Source: Candidatus Bathyarchaeota archaeon (GTDB lineage Archaea; Thermoproteota; Bathyarchaeia; Bathyarchaeales; Bathycorpusculaceae). Taken from it: a stretch of DNA of 64,000 bases. The first letter of the stretch is position 1; every line of letters begins with the position of its first letter. The position numbers and the translations under genes were made by a program. Below are positions 44,074 to 53,830 of this stretch, one piece after another. A model generated the notes under the pieces. That model was not told the origin of the DNA, did no database searches, and saw nothing but the letters and a program-made list of their open reading frames with translations. The stretch covers positions 288,001 to 352,000 of the forward strand of contig CAWDYC010000005.1 in NCBI GenBank assembly GCA_963806535.1. The letters are read 5' to 3'.

Positions 44074-46002
44074 ATGATGATTCGAACAATCGGGATTGAT
44101 CTTGGGACTTCTAATTCTGCGGCTGCCGTTATGAAAGATGGAAAAATAAGACTTGTTCCGGCCGTCGAAGGACAAAATGTTTATGGGAAAATGTTTCCTT
44201 CAATTGTCGCTTTCAAAGTAGATGGGGAAATACTTGTTGGCAAAGATGCCAAAAAATACTCTTACGAACACCCTGAACGAACCGTTAGATGGATTAAGAG
44301 AAAAATAGGAACAGATTACACTGAGAACATCGATGGCCAATCATATAGCCCCCAAGAAATATCGGCTATGATTCTCAAAAAGATAAAAAAAGATGCTGAA
44401 AACTACATAGGCGAAAAAATAGAAAAGGCAGTAATTTCTGCGCCAGCCTACTTTAATAATAATCAAAGGAATGCAACTAAAGAAGCTGGGGAAATAGCCG
44501 GTTTTGAAGTTTTAAGAATAGTGAGTGAACCCACCGCAGCTTCATTAGCTTATGGTCTAGATAAGGTGGGTAAAAATCTGAAAGTAGCAGTGCTAGATTT
44601 GGGCGCTGGAACTTTCGATGTGACCATACTGGAGATGAACAAAGGGCTATTTCAGGTTCTGTCTACCAGCGGAGATATTCATCTTGGAGGCAAGGACATG
44701 GATGATTCGATTCTAGAGTACCTTCTGGAAGAAGTTGAAGAGAAACATGGCGTTTGCTTAGAGAACAATTCTAAAAACCTAAACTTGCTAAGAGATGCTG
44801 GAGAAATCGCCAAGATTCAACTTTCAACCAAACACTCAACCTCGATAGATACTGGAATCAAACTTAACCATTCCAAAAAAAGAATTAGCATAAGTTTGAC
44901 TCGAAAAAAGCTTGAACAGTTAATTAATCCACAACTTGAGAGATTACTAAATCCAATAGAAAACTCTCTTAAAGACTCCGGCTTAAGTTCTCAGAATATA
45001 GATAAATTAATTTTAGTAGGAGGACCAACCAGGATGCCCATAGTTAGAAAATACTTTGGAACTTATTTTAAAACAAAACCTGAAGTAGGCATAGACCCCA
45101 TGGGAATAGTTGCTACAGGTGCCAGCGTTCAAGCAAGTGTCTTGAATGGCGAAATAAAAGAAATGCTATTGCTAGACGTTACTCCCCTATCTTTGGGAGT
45201 TGAGACATCAGGCGGACTCTTTACAAGGCTAATCAAACGAAACAGTACGATTCCAACAGAGGAAAACATGACTTTTGCCACCCAAGAAGATTACCAAACA
45301 TCAATGATGATCCATGTCTTACAAGGTGAACGCGAAATGGCTAAAGATAATACTTCCGTAGGGTTGTTTAAAATCGACTGTATCCCAAAGGCACCCAAAT
45401 ACGAACAAAAAGTGGAAGTAACATTCAAAATAGATACAAACGGCATTTTGATTGTCTCCGCTGAAATCTTGGAAACAGGAAAAATTGAAGCTATCAAGAT
45501 TTCAGAGACAAGCAATCTTTCGCAGGATGAAATTATCAAGAGAATTATTGAAGCAACTAAGTTCAACGAGACGGACGAGAAAGAAAAAGAGTGCATCGAA
45601 ATTCAAAATCAAGCTGCAGCCACGATCCAATCTACAAAGAGATTTATTGAAGAGGCAGGAGGAAAAATCTCTCCTGAAGATAAGAAAAAACTTGAAACGG
45701 GTTTGCACCACTTACAAACAGCCATGAAAGCACATGAACCTCCGAGAGTTAAGTTATCTACTAGTAAACTTCTCGAACTTAAGGACGGTCTAATTGCAAA
45801 AACGAAAAAGGTAGGCCAAGCAAAGGTGTTACTTTCCGCTGCGGAAAAAAGATTAGGTAGCAAAGTATCTGAAAAGAAAAAGAAAGAGCTCAAGGCATCA
45901 ATAAGAAAGATTGAGCAAGCGTCACAGGAATGCGTAACTCAAGAGTTCATTAATTTAAGAGAAATGCTTGTTTTGTTAGAGGCGGATTGCGGAGAGGATT
46001 AA
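44074..46002 (+). CDS. dnaK: Hsp70/DnaK family chaperone (gvp-operon paralog)
   Basis: IGIDLGTSNS, PAYFNNNQR, EPTAA, DLGAGTFDV, LVGGPTRMP, LLLDVTPLSLGVET, VLQGERE. Confidence 0.9.
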   Translation: MMIRTIGIDLGTSNSAAAVMKDGKIRLVPAVEGQNVYGKMFPSIVAFKVDGEILVGKDAKKYSYEHPERTVRWIKRKIGTDYTENIDGQSYSPQEISAMILKKIKKDAENYIGEKIEKAVISAPAYFNNNQRNATKEAGEIAGFEVLRIVSEPTAASLAYGLDKVGKNLKVAVLDLGAGTFDVTILEMNKGLFQVLSTSGDIHLGGKDMDDSILEYLLEEVEEKHGVCLENNSKNLNLLRDAGEIAKIQLSTKHSTSIDTGIKLNHSKKRISISLTRKKLEQLINPQLERLLNPIENSLKDSGLSSQNIDKLILVGGPTRMPIVRKYFGTYFKTKPEVGIDPMGIVATGASVQASVLNGEIKEMLLLDVTPLSLGVETSGGLFTRLIKRNSTIPTEENMTFATQEDYQTSMMIHVLQGEREMAKDNTSVGLFKIDCIPKAPKYEQKVEVTFKIDTNGILIVSAEILETGKIEAIKISETSNLSQDEIIKRIIEATKFNETDEKEKECIEIQNQAAATIQSTKRFIEEAGGKISPEDKKKLETGLHHLQTAMKAHEPPRVKLSTSKLLELKDGLIAKTKKVGQAKVLLSAAEKRLGSKVSEKKKKELKASIRKIEQASQECVTQEFINLREMLVLLEADCGED

Positions 46003-46003
46003 T

Positions 46004-46606
46004 TTGCAACCTTCAAGGGATGGAGCTCTTGTCGATCTTATTGATAGAATTTTAGTCAAAGGCGTAATTCTTCATGCAGATGTAATAATTTCAGTTTCCG
46101 GTGTCCCACTAATTGGGATTAACCTGAAAGCTGCAATTGCTGGTTTGACTACTATGGTCGACTATGGGATGATGGGAACATGGGATGAACAAATCAGAAA
46201 AACCGTTCTAACTGAAAGCATCGAGGAAGCCCCATTAATTAAGGATGAGGAAATTATTCTAAAGACTTTTGGCTCATATTTTTGTCATAACAGATCTGTT
46301 TCTGGGGTATGGAGACCAGGCTTTCTTTATGTTACAAACAAAAGATTGTTCCTTTTCAAGAAGAACCCGAGTGAATTTTTGTTTGAGACCCCTATAGACA
46401 ACATAAAAGGATTGTCTGTCGATATGACCAGAAACTTGGAAGAAGAAAACAAGGCTCTTCAAGTTTTGGTTAAAAAAGATCTTACAACCACAGAGATAGT
46501 GTTAATTCGTACCGCAAAAAAAGATGTTCTAAAAAGTAAACTTGAAGAAATATTGGCAGAAACTAGGCAATCAGAAAAAGTTTTAGTTCCCGTTAATTTA
46601 ATCTAG
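46004..46606 (+). CDS. gvpM: GvpM/J-family protein with C-terminal PH/GRAM-like domain
   Basis: LVDLIDRILVKGVILHADVIISVSGVPLIGINLKAAIAG; WRPGFLYVTNKRLFLF. Confidence 0.78.
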   Translation: MQPSRDGALVDLIDRILVKGVILHADVIISVSGVPLIGINLKAAIAGLTTMVDYGMMGTWDEQIRKTVLTESIEEAPLIKDEEIILKTFGSYFCHNRSVSGVWRPGFLYVTNKRLFLFKKNPSEFLFETPIDNIKGLSVDMTRNLEEENKALQVLVKKDLTTTEIVLIRTAKKDVLKSKLEEILAETRQSEKVLVPVNLI

Positions 46607-46620
46607 TTTTTTTGGTTATC

Positions 46621-47001
46621 CTATTTGGATCCACATTTTTTGATAAAGTTGGACAATATATTAGTGGACAAGTTAAAAGCAACTATTTTTTTTCTGAATA
46701 TCTCTTTTCCTTTTAACGTTAATTGGTAAAAAGTTTTTCCATCGTCTGAAACTGATTTTATCAACTGCTCATTTTCTAAACTGTGAAGCAAAGGATATAG
46801 TGTAGCTGGACTCAACAGAATACCAAACTCTTTATGGATTATAGCTATGATTTTATAGCCATAGGTTGATCTTCCATTCAACATTGACAGAATTACTATG
46901 TCCAAGAAAGTTTTGACGTGTTTCTCGATTGTTTGATCTTCAGGCATTAAATTATCTAAAAATGAAAACTCGAATTCGTTAGCATTTCTTGTTTCCAACA
47001 T
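46621..47001 (-). CDS. PadR family regulator
   Basis: YGYKII, LLSPATLYPLLHSLE, YQLTLKG. Confidence 0.88.
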   Translation of the reverse strand: MLETRNANEFEFSFLDNLMPEDQTIEKHVKTFLDIVILSMLNGRSTYGYKIIAIIHKEFGILLSPATLYPLLHSLENEQLIKSVSDDGKTFYQLTLKGKEIFRKKIVAFNLSTNILSNFIKKCGSK

Positions 47002-47320
47002 TTCTTATTCTTCTCCTTTATCTTCAATTAAATTAGTTTCCAGATCATTTCGAAGCTAGGAAACCTTAGTCCTGATTGATCCTATGTATTTAAAAAGAAT
47101 TATGAACAGCTATCATTCTCTATTCGGAATGTGAATATTCAAGTTAAATTACTAGAGTCTTAATCAGCAAAATGCCAAAGCATTTTTAGAAACCTTCACT
47201 GCTTGAACTCCAACAAAGTTAACAGAACGAATAATCCACAAGCACAACTAGAAGTTAATACTTGAAATTCATAAATATTATTAATATTTTAGGCATTTTC
47301 AGCAATGGTGAGGTGTTAAA

Positions 47321-47449
47321 TTGTTATCTCGTGATTGTGACGGTTGCGAAAGACAACTTTTCGAATGTAAACGCCGCTTTTTCAGAGTTTGCATCGGCGA
47401 AAAAGTTTTTTGTCCAGATGGCACAGCCCATCTAGTCGACAGCGAATAG
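47321..47449 (+). CDS. 42-aa Cys/His microprotein MLSRDCDGCERQLFECKRRFFRVCIGEKVFCPDGTAHLVDSE (paralog of 19316)
   Basis: TTG start after GAGGTG; shares LSRDCDGC and CPDGTAHLVD with the 19316 ORF. Confidence 0.7.
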   Translation: MLSRDCDGCERQLFECKRRFFRVCIGEKVFCPDGTAHLVDSE

Positions 47450-47609
47450 TTAAAATGAACGATTGAAGACCCATCGCCAACGCTATCGTATACTCTTCAG
47501 AAATTTGTCTCAAAGTGCTTCGAATATTTAGTCTCTTGAACCATTTTTCATTTTGCTAGAAAAATTTCAGACATGAAACATATAAACTGGCTTTTTTTAG
47601 GGATGGAAG

Positions 47610-47685
47610 CGGGCCCGGTGGGATTTGAACCCACGATCTCCGGCTCCGAAGGCCGACACCTTAATCCGTGCTAGGCTACGAGCCC
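47610..47685 (-). tRNA. tRNA-Arg(TCG)
   Basis: GGGCTCG..TCGGC-CTTCGGA-GCCGG..GTGGG-TTCAAAT-CCCAC-CGGGCCC-G cloverleaf. Confidence 0.92.
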
Positions 47686-47758
47686 TTTTCCATCAAAAAC
47701 CTCTAGCATACGGTGCTAAAGGTGATACCACGGTTTTATTTAGCCTTTGCATCTCTTT

Positions 47759-48050
47759 TTAGTCAGTTTTGGGTTTACGATACCACGAAACACCATCACC
47801 GTCCCTCTCGATAAACTCATAACTTTTCTGTATTGCCTGGCGTCTTTCCTGGCTGCTTCTAGCCTCAACTATCGTATATTCTTGGTCGCCAAAACATTGT
47901 TCTGCCAGTCGCGCGTAGATTTGAACATACGCTAAAGAACTGTGCCCCAGCAAATATTGAACCGAGTCAGAATTGCCCTTTGCGTGACGTTATTTTGTTG
48001 CACTCAATATCTGCAGCTATAAAAGCTAATCTTTTTCTGCTCTGAATTGT
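47759..48050 (-). pseudogene. Tyrosine recombinase/integrase C-terminal remnant
   Basis: VQYLLGHSSLAYVQIYARL; degenerate upstream RKRLAF..KIT; adjacent to the tRNA. Confidence 0.65.
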
Positions 48051-48300
48051 TGAACCATAACGCTAGTATACGGTGCTATCGTGGCACGCTGATTTTGGCG
48101 TCGGAAGAGACCTGGACTCTTTCGGGATCAAATGTATAATTGCAGAGGGAAAACAGTATAAATGGCGGTTGCTCGTCATCGGTTCCCGTCGGACAGCCTT
48201 TGTTTGCTTCTCTTTGTTACAAAAGCTTTTGAGGAATTTCTTTAGCTTAATTTACCGAAACATTTGCCTTGCTTTTCTTCGTGAGCCGCTAAAGCAATCG

Positions 48301-48355
48301 AAAGCGTCCCTTAGTTGGCGCTGCCATGGCTGACTATATACATCGCCATTGGAAT
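48301..48355. repeat. Imperfect direct repeat of about 55 bp, copy 1 (copy 2 at 59477-59531)
   Basis: AAAGCGTCCCTTAGTTGGCGCTGCCATGG..CCATTGGAAT vs AAAGCGTCCTTTAGTTGGCGCTACCATGG..CCATTGGAAT. Confidence 0.75.
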
Positions 48356-48541
48356 CATTAGATCCACAGAAAATATCTAGAAAAGCGGTGGGATAGAAAA
48401 CGCTTTTTTATAATTTGATGTCTCGGTTGAGAGTCACATCCGTTGTTGCCATTGAATAGTTTATGGTTGTTGACTGGAAAGTGGCGGTTTCTTGCATTGA
48501 GCATTCGATTTTTTCTCGATTCGTCAAAAGATTTATTAGCA

Positions 48542-48575
48542 ATATCGATTAGTCGATACATCGATTAAACGATAT
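48542..48575. promoter_or_regulatory. Tandem ATATCG-N6-CGATAT-like operators (PadR-type) upstream of the ABC operon
   Basis: ATATCG-ATTAGT-CGATAC and ACATCG-ATTAAA-CGATAT; near-identical promoter at 50580-50628. Confidence 0.65.
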
Positions 48576-48592
48576 CGAATAGGCGATAATAA

Positions 48593-49633
48593 ATGTCTAA
48601 GCAAACTGAAACTCAGGTTGAAAACCTAAAGAAACTATCTACAACAAAAAGACAAAGTGCTCTAGCCGTAGAAGCAAAAGGGCTCGTCAAAATTTTTGGC
48701 GATAATCGTGCAGTTGATGGCGTGGATTTAGCCATACCGACAGGCTATATATATGGTTTACTTGGACCAAACGGTGCAGGTAAGACAACAATCATCAATA
48801 TGCTTGCAACACTACTAAAGCCAGACGGCGGCACCGCTAAAATATTTGGCCATGACGTACAGCGTGAAGCGCAAATCGTCCGTCAGCTAATCAGTGTAAC
48901 TGACCAAGATGCTGCTCTTGACGAGAAACTATCCGCAGCCGAGAACTTGAGAATCTTTGGAATGTTACTTGGATTAAGTATATCTGAAGCACGCAAGAGA
49001 ACCACAGAGCTGCTAGAAGAATTTGGGTTAACCGAAGCTGCCAACCGACCAGTCGAGAAGTTCTCTGGCGGTATGAGACACAAGCTCGATTTCGCGGCAA
49101 GCCTCATTGTGCAATCACCACTCATTTTTCTCGATGAACCCACAACAGGACTTGACCCGCGGACAAGAAATCAAATGTGGAAAATTATCCGACAAATTGC
49201 TTCGTCTGGGTCAACAATTCTCTTAACGACTCAGTATCTCGATGAAGCTGACCAGCTTGCTGACCGAATTGTCGTTATCGACCATGGACGTGTAGTGGCT
49301 GAAGGTACACCTAACGAGTTAAAAGCCAAAGTCGGAAGCGCAACGTTGCATCTACGACTCGAAAATGAGAAAGATAACGCCAAGGCAATGAGCATCGTTC
49401 AAACAGTACTAAAGACAAAAGCATCGACAAACGAGCCCACACTAATCACTGCCCCCATGGCAGATCCTGAACGCGTAACCGATTTACTCCTCGCTCTGCG
49501 CAAAGAAAACATTCGCCCTTCTAGAGTGAACGTGCAAGAACCAACTCTAGACGAAGTTTTCTTCATTCTTACCGGTGAAAGCAAACATGAACATGAAAGC
49601 AAGCAAACACAAAAAGGAGCGAGCAAGCAATGA
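48593..49633 (+). CDS. DrrA-like ABC transporter ATP-binding protein
   Basis: GPNGAGKTT, FSGGM, FLDEPTTGLDP, LTTQYLDEAD. Confidence 0.93.
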   Translation: MSKQTETQVENLKKLSTTKRQSALAVEAKGLVKIFGDNRAVDGVDLAIPTGYIYGLLGPNGAGKTTIINMLATLLKPDGGTAKIFGHDVQREAQIVRQLISVTDQDAALDEKLSAAENLRIFGMLLGLSISEARKRTTELLEEFGLTEAANRPVEKFSGGMRHKLDFAASLIVQSPLIFLDEPTTGLDPRTRNQMWKIIRQIASSGSTILLTTQYLDEADQLADRIVVIDHGRVVAEGTPNELKAKVGSATLHLRLENEKDNAKAMSIVQTVLKTKASTNEPTLITAPMADPERVTDLLLALRKENIRPSRVNVQEPTLDEVFFILTGESKHEHESKQTQKGASKQ

Positions 49634-50448
49634 CAACAAAAATTGTTCCAGGCGTTGAACGCAAACTAAAGAACCGCACAAGCATTCCTATGACTATCCG
49701 GAACTCATTAACCATGGCTTATCGTCATTTGCTTCTGATTCGTCGAGACCCAGGGCAACTTTTTGACGTTATCGTACAACCCATTTTATTCACGCTCTTG
49801 TTTACCTTCCTCTTTGGAGGCGCAGTCTCGGGCAACATCACTAGTTATCTGCCAATAATTATACCAGGCATCATGGTCCAGACTGCGTTGACTGCTACCA
49901 GCGCTATGGGCGTGAAACTCCGCGAGGATATGGAGAAGGGCGTGTTCAATCGTTTCAAATCCCTTCCAATCTCACACGAAGCCCCCTTAACCGGGGCAGC
50001 GATAGCAGACTTGCTACGCTACAGCATCGCCACCTCTCTGGTAATAGTCATGGGTTATATCCTTGGTTTCCGATTGGCTAGTATTGGGGGCGTTGTTGCT
50101 GGCGGTCTTCTGGTTATTCTGGCTGCCTGGTGTATCAGCTGGATATTTGCTTTAATGGGCGTCATCGGTAATTCGGCAACCAGTGTGCAGGGCATCTCTT
50201 TTGCCATCCTGTTTCCGCTAACTTTCCTATCCAATGCCTTTGTACCTACCAACACACTGCCCAACTGGCTGCAAACATTTGTCAAGTTAAATCCAGTAAC
50301 CTATCTTGTTGATGCAATTCGACAGCTTTTCAATCAAGGCACTATCGGTAATGACTTCTGGCTATCACTCATCGGAATAGGAGTAATTGTGGCTATATTC
50401 GTGCCCCTCACTATAGCAGCCTACATGCGAAAAATACAATCAGAATAG
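49630..50448 (+). CDS. DrrB-like ABC-2 permease
   Basis: Six TM segments; FLSNAFVP, WLQ..NPV. Confidence 0.9.
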   Translation: MTTKIVPGVERKLKNRTSIPMTIRNSLTMAYRHLLLIRRDPGQLFDVIVQPILFTLLFTFLFGGAVSGNITSYLPIIIPGIMVQTALTATSAMGVKLREDMEKGVFNRFKSLPISHEAPLTGAAIADLLRYSIATSLVIVMGYILGFRLASIGGVVAGGLLVILAAWCISWIFALMGVIGNSATSVQGISFAILFPLTFLSNAFVPTNTLPNWLQTFVKLNPVTYLVDAIRQLFNQGTIGNDFWLSLIGIGVIVAIFVPLTIAAYMRKIQSE

Positions 50449-50594
50449 AATAAGTGAATCGTAATCTCTGTCTCCACTATTTTTTTCTAAGAATTTTTTT
50501 TATCTTTTTCTTCTGAATAATCATTTACAAGAAAGTGACTCTTTAGCAAAGATGATTTGCGTTACCACTAATTTTTAAAAAGATTTATTAGCAT

Positions 50595-50628
50595 ACTTCG
50601 ATTATTCGATATATCGATTAAACGATAT
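50595..50628. promoter_or_regulatory. Tandem PadR-type operators overlapping the start of the padR gene
   Basis: ACTTCG-ATTATT-CGATAT and perfect ATATCG-ATTAAA-CGATAT. Confidence 0.65.
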
Positions 50629-51131
50629 TGGATCAAATGATGAAAATGTCTAGAGAAGATAAACGTCAAGAACATTATGAGCATCACCATCTAGGACGGG
50701 GGCTTCATCTGGGCAGGTGGGATAATCCCCACAGACGAGGAATCCTCCGGACATGGGTGTTCGTATTGCTTCAACAGGAACCAAGAAACGGCGCTGAAAT
50801 AATGAACCAAATAGAGTTAATCAGCCAAGGAAACTGGCGACCTTCACCAGGCTCAATTTACCCTCTGCTAGATCAACTCTGCAAAGAAGAAAGCATCAGC
50901 AAACGTGAAGACGGAAAATATGAAATCACCGAAAAAGGCAAAAAAGAATTCGAATGGCCTTACAGAATGCACACAAAACAACCACGTTCTGCAGATGGTG
51001 CAATAGAAGAAATGAACAGCTACATCTCTTATCTTGAAGACTTAAAACGCATGGACCCCTCCAAAATTGTCCCCAGCATAGATAAACTCAAAAATGTCAG
51101 AGACCGACTAACAACCTTACTTGACACATAG
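50628..51131 (+). CDS. PadR family regulator (His-rich N-terminus)
   Basis: NGAEIM, WRPSPGSIYPLL, YEITEKG. Confidence 0.9.
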   Translation: MDQMMKMSREDKRQEHYEHHHLGRGLHLGRWDNPHRRGILRTWVFVLLQQEPRNGAEIMNQIELISQGNWRPSPGSIYPLLDQLCKEESISKREDGKYEITEKGKKEFEWPYRMHTKQPRSADGAIEEMNSYISYLEDLKRMDPSKIVPSIDKLKNVRDRLTTLLDT

Positions 51132-51244
51132 GTGTATTGCTCGCTATCGCGGGAGGAAACAAGAAGAAAAAGTTGCGCGTGCGCTCTGAATAGAAAGTTT
51201 TGAACTCACGGGTATGAGACGAGTAGCCCCGCCACAACTTTTTG

Positions 51245-52039
51245 TCAAACGTTTGTTGTTCCCTTATTTCCTTCAACGATGTCTTTTGCCCTAATGTTGG
51301 GGTTATGATATCTTCCGCGTTTGGCTGTTTTCTTCCCATACTGTATGGCTTCAACGGGGCACCATTGGATGCAGGCTAGGCATCTTTCGCAGTGATGCTG
51401 CCAAGAGGGCTTTTTGTTTACGATCTTTATGTTTTGAGTTGGACAAATCTCGCTGCAAAGACCGCAGATAGTGCACTTCTCATTCACCGTGAATTTCTCG
51501 TCAAATTTAGCGGCGCTCCTGTAGAAAAGTCGGCTGCCAATTTTGCTTATGTAAATGCCTGAACTTGTGAGGGGTCGAATTTCCTTTTTTGCGATTGCGT
51601 TGGCTGCTTTCTCTATGATGCCGTCGGCTTCTTCCAATATTTTGTGTGTTTCTTCAGTTGGTGGCGCGTCGAATTTGAGGATGTAGTTGCCAGGCAACTT
51701 TATTCCCTCTGTGTAAGATAACTGTGCGCCTTTGGATTGTAGAACTTCATTAAGTACGGCTAATGTGCCTTGTTTGGACCCGCCGTAATTTGCTACTGCG
51801 AAACAGTATGTTCCGGGGCGTATGTTGAGTTTTTCAGTGAATTGTTTGACTATTCTTGGTAATCCCCGGTAATAGACGGGGAAAACGAAACCCAAGTTTT
51901 CCTCTGAGCCGCCGACTGGTTGGATTGGTGGCGGTCTAGCTATGGATTTGATTTGGCAGTTTCCGATTTTTGTCGCCAGTTGGCGTGTGAGGTATAGTGA
52001 GTTGCCTGTTCCTGAGAAATAGTAAATTGTGGTTGCCAT
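51245..52039 (-). CDS. EFR1-family flavodoxin-ferredoxin fusion
   Basis: YYFSGTGNS, FPVY, CTICGLCSEICP, CERCLACIQWCP. Confidence 0.88.
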   Translation of the reverse strand: MATTIYYFSGTGNSLYLTRQLATKIGNCQIKSIARPPPIQPVGGSEENLGFVFPVYYRGLPRIVKQFTEKLNIRPGTYCFAVANYGGSKQGTLAVLNEVLQSKGAQLSYTEGIKLPGNYILKFDAPPTEETHKILEEADGIIEKAANAIAKKEIRPLTSSGIYISKIGSRLFYRSAAKFDEKFTVNEKCTICGLCSEICPTQNIKIVNKKPSWQHHCERCLACIQWCPVEAIQYGKKTAKRGRYHNPNIRAKDIVEGNKGTTNV

Positions 52040-52109
52040 GTTTGGTTCTCCATGCTTTTGTTTGTATTGGTTTTGAGATATTGGTTATGCGATACAGTGG
52101 CTATTAAGT

Positions 52110-52127
52110 ATATCGTAAAACCGATAT
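52110..52127. promoter_or_regulatory. ATATCG-N6-CGATAT operator in the divergent EFR1/padR intergenic region
   Basis: ATATCG-TAAAAC-CGATAT. Confidence 0.6.
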
Positions 52128-52170
52128 CACGTCAGTAACCTTTAATATCAATTAACTCAAACGACTAGCT

Positions 52171-52491
52171 ATGGCTGAATGTGGCTCCAAAGGCTTCCTC
52201 TCATTTCTGATCGTGTGGCTAGTACGAAAAACGCCGATGACTGGAGCTGAAATAGCCGAAGAATTAGAAAGAAGGCGCGGCAAAAGACCCAGCCCCGGAA
52301 CAATATATCCAGTACTGAAAAACCTAAATAAAAATGAAATTCTCGCAGTAGACCAAAACAAACGATATTCTCTCACGGAAAAAGGGCAGAAAAACCTGGA
52401 AGCAGGCATCGATGAATTCATAAATACCTTTTATGATGTTGATGAAATGAGATTTTGTTTTCAGAAAAAGAAAGAAACAAAGAGTGAGTAA
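52171..52491 (+). CDS. PadR family regulator
   Basis: TGAEIA, PSPGTIYPVLK, YSLTEKG. Confidence 0.88.
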   Translation: MAECGSKGFLSFLIVWLVRKTPMTGAEIAEELERRRGKRPSPGTIYPVLKNLNKNEILAVDQNKRYSLTEKGQKNLEAGIDEFINTFYDVDEMRFCFQKKKETKSE

Positions 52492-52515
52492 CAGGTTAAC
52501 ATCCGGATGGAATCA

Positions 52516-53791
52516 TTAGAGTTCGGTTTCTTTATACCGCAGAGTATCCATCGTATCTTTAATGAAGGTTTTACCTTTACTCGTCAGCGAGTAAGCACTG
52601 TTTGTTTCGACAATGTATGCTTCGTCGATTAAGGGCTTGATAAGGTCAGAAAAATCGGCATCGAAATCAACGTCTGTTCCAACACTGAATTCATTGAACG
52701 CTGCAGGTATGTAGCTTGGTCGGAAAGTTTTTTCCAGCGAATCCACAAGCTCCTGTTTAGTGCTTAATTTGCCTTTGTATAGGGAGTACAATATCCAGTT
52801 TCGGAAGTTGTCCAAGCGGCGCTGCTCAAGTCGTTTTTCGATTGGCAGACTTGAACTTTGAAAACTCGGGCTGTTGCCCGTTCATCGATTTGGCAACTTC
52901 TCGGGTTAAACTTATTCCATCGATGCTGATTCTAACAGCTATGAATGCTCCAACTATCGCATCTACCCAGTATATGCCAAATATAGAGAAAATTACGCCC
53001 ACAATAACAGCTGCCGAGGAATATACGCTGTTTTTGGAGTCGATAGATTGAGATATTAGCGCCAGGCTCTGGTTTCTGTTTCCCACAATCCGCTGATACA
53101 GCGAAAGAACATACATCGATAGCATAGCTATGAGTTCAATGACAATTACCATTATAGGCATGTATATTGGAGGGAATATGCCCTGAACATTCTTAATTAT
53201 AGAACTTGCTGAATCATAGAACAGAATAGCCGCTGTTAGAAACATCAACCCAAGTATGATAAGCGTGCCCAAGGTGTCTTTTTTGAATTTTATGCCCGCC
53301 CAAACAATTGCTGAAGATGCTGTATCGACTGTTGTGTCTGCGCCATCAGCGATCAAACCGACGCTACCACTAAAAAACCCAGCCAACATTTTCAGTATAG
53401 CTAACGCAAAGTAACCGGCTGTCGCGTTCCTCGCAGCAGCAGAGGGACTTAAAATCTGGGTTTTAATCCTGTGGACCAAACTTTCCATGTCATTGGCGAT
53501 TTCTTCCGCTTGCACCCTGCCTTCAGCCGTTAACTCGTACGTAGCATTATCTGTAAGTTTTATCCATTTTTTGCGAGCCAGGTCATCGCATGTTGATACT
53601 ACACTCAACGTTTCGGAACGTGCACGCCGTCCTCCAGTCTGATTGTGGAAACCTGAGGTTTGCAGGGCAGTTTTTTCTTGGAGTTGCAGCAGGGTTTGGG
53701 CACCTTCTTTGCGAAGAATCAGAAGTATGCATTGAGCTAAATCGCCACTTATCCTTCGTTTCCTGTTTCGTGCCATGCAAATCACAGTCAA
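52516..53791 (-). CDS. Cation diffusion facilitator with N- and C-terminal wHTH-like domains (frameshift near 52840)
   Basis: GSVGLIADGADTTVD, DSKNSV, WVDAIVG; YELTAEG / YSLTSKG wing motifs. Confidence 0.7.
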
Positions 53792-53830
53792 TGTCTATGG
53801 TTTGCGCGCTATTGCCCTCAATAAGCTCAA

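Noticed and set aside
19450-47609. att duplicate of the tRNA-Arg 3' end delimiting a gas vesicle island
   Set aside because: No second copy was found by eye, so island status of the gvp block is unproven.
48301-48355. Fluoride riboswitch-like GGCGATG... motif on the minus strand of the direct repeat
   Set aside because: The consensus pairing and spacing are not met, there is no fluoride-related gene downstream, and substitutions between copies look codon-like.
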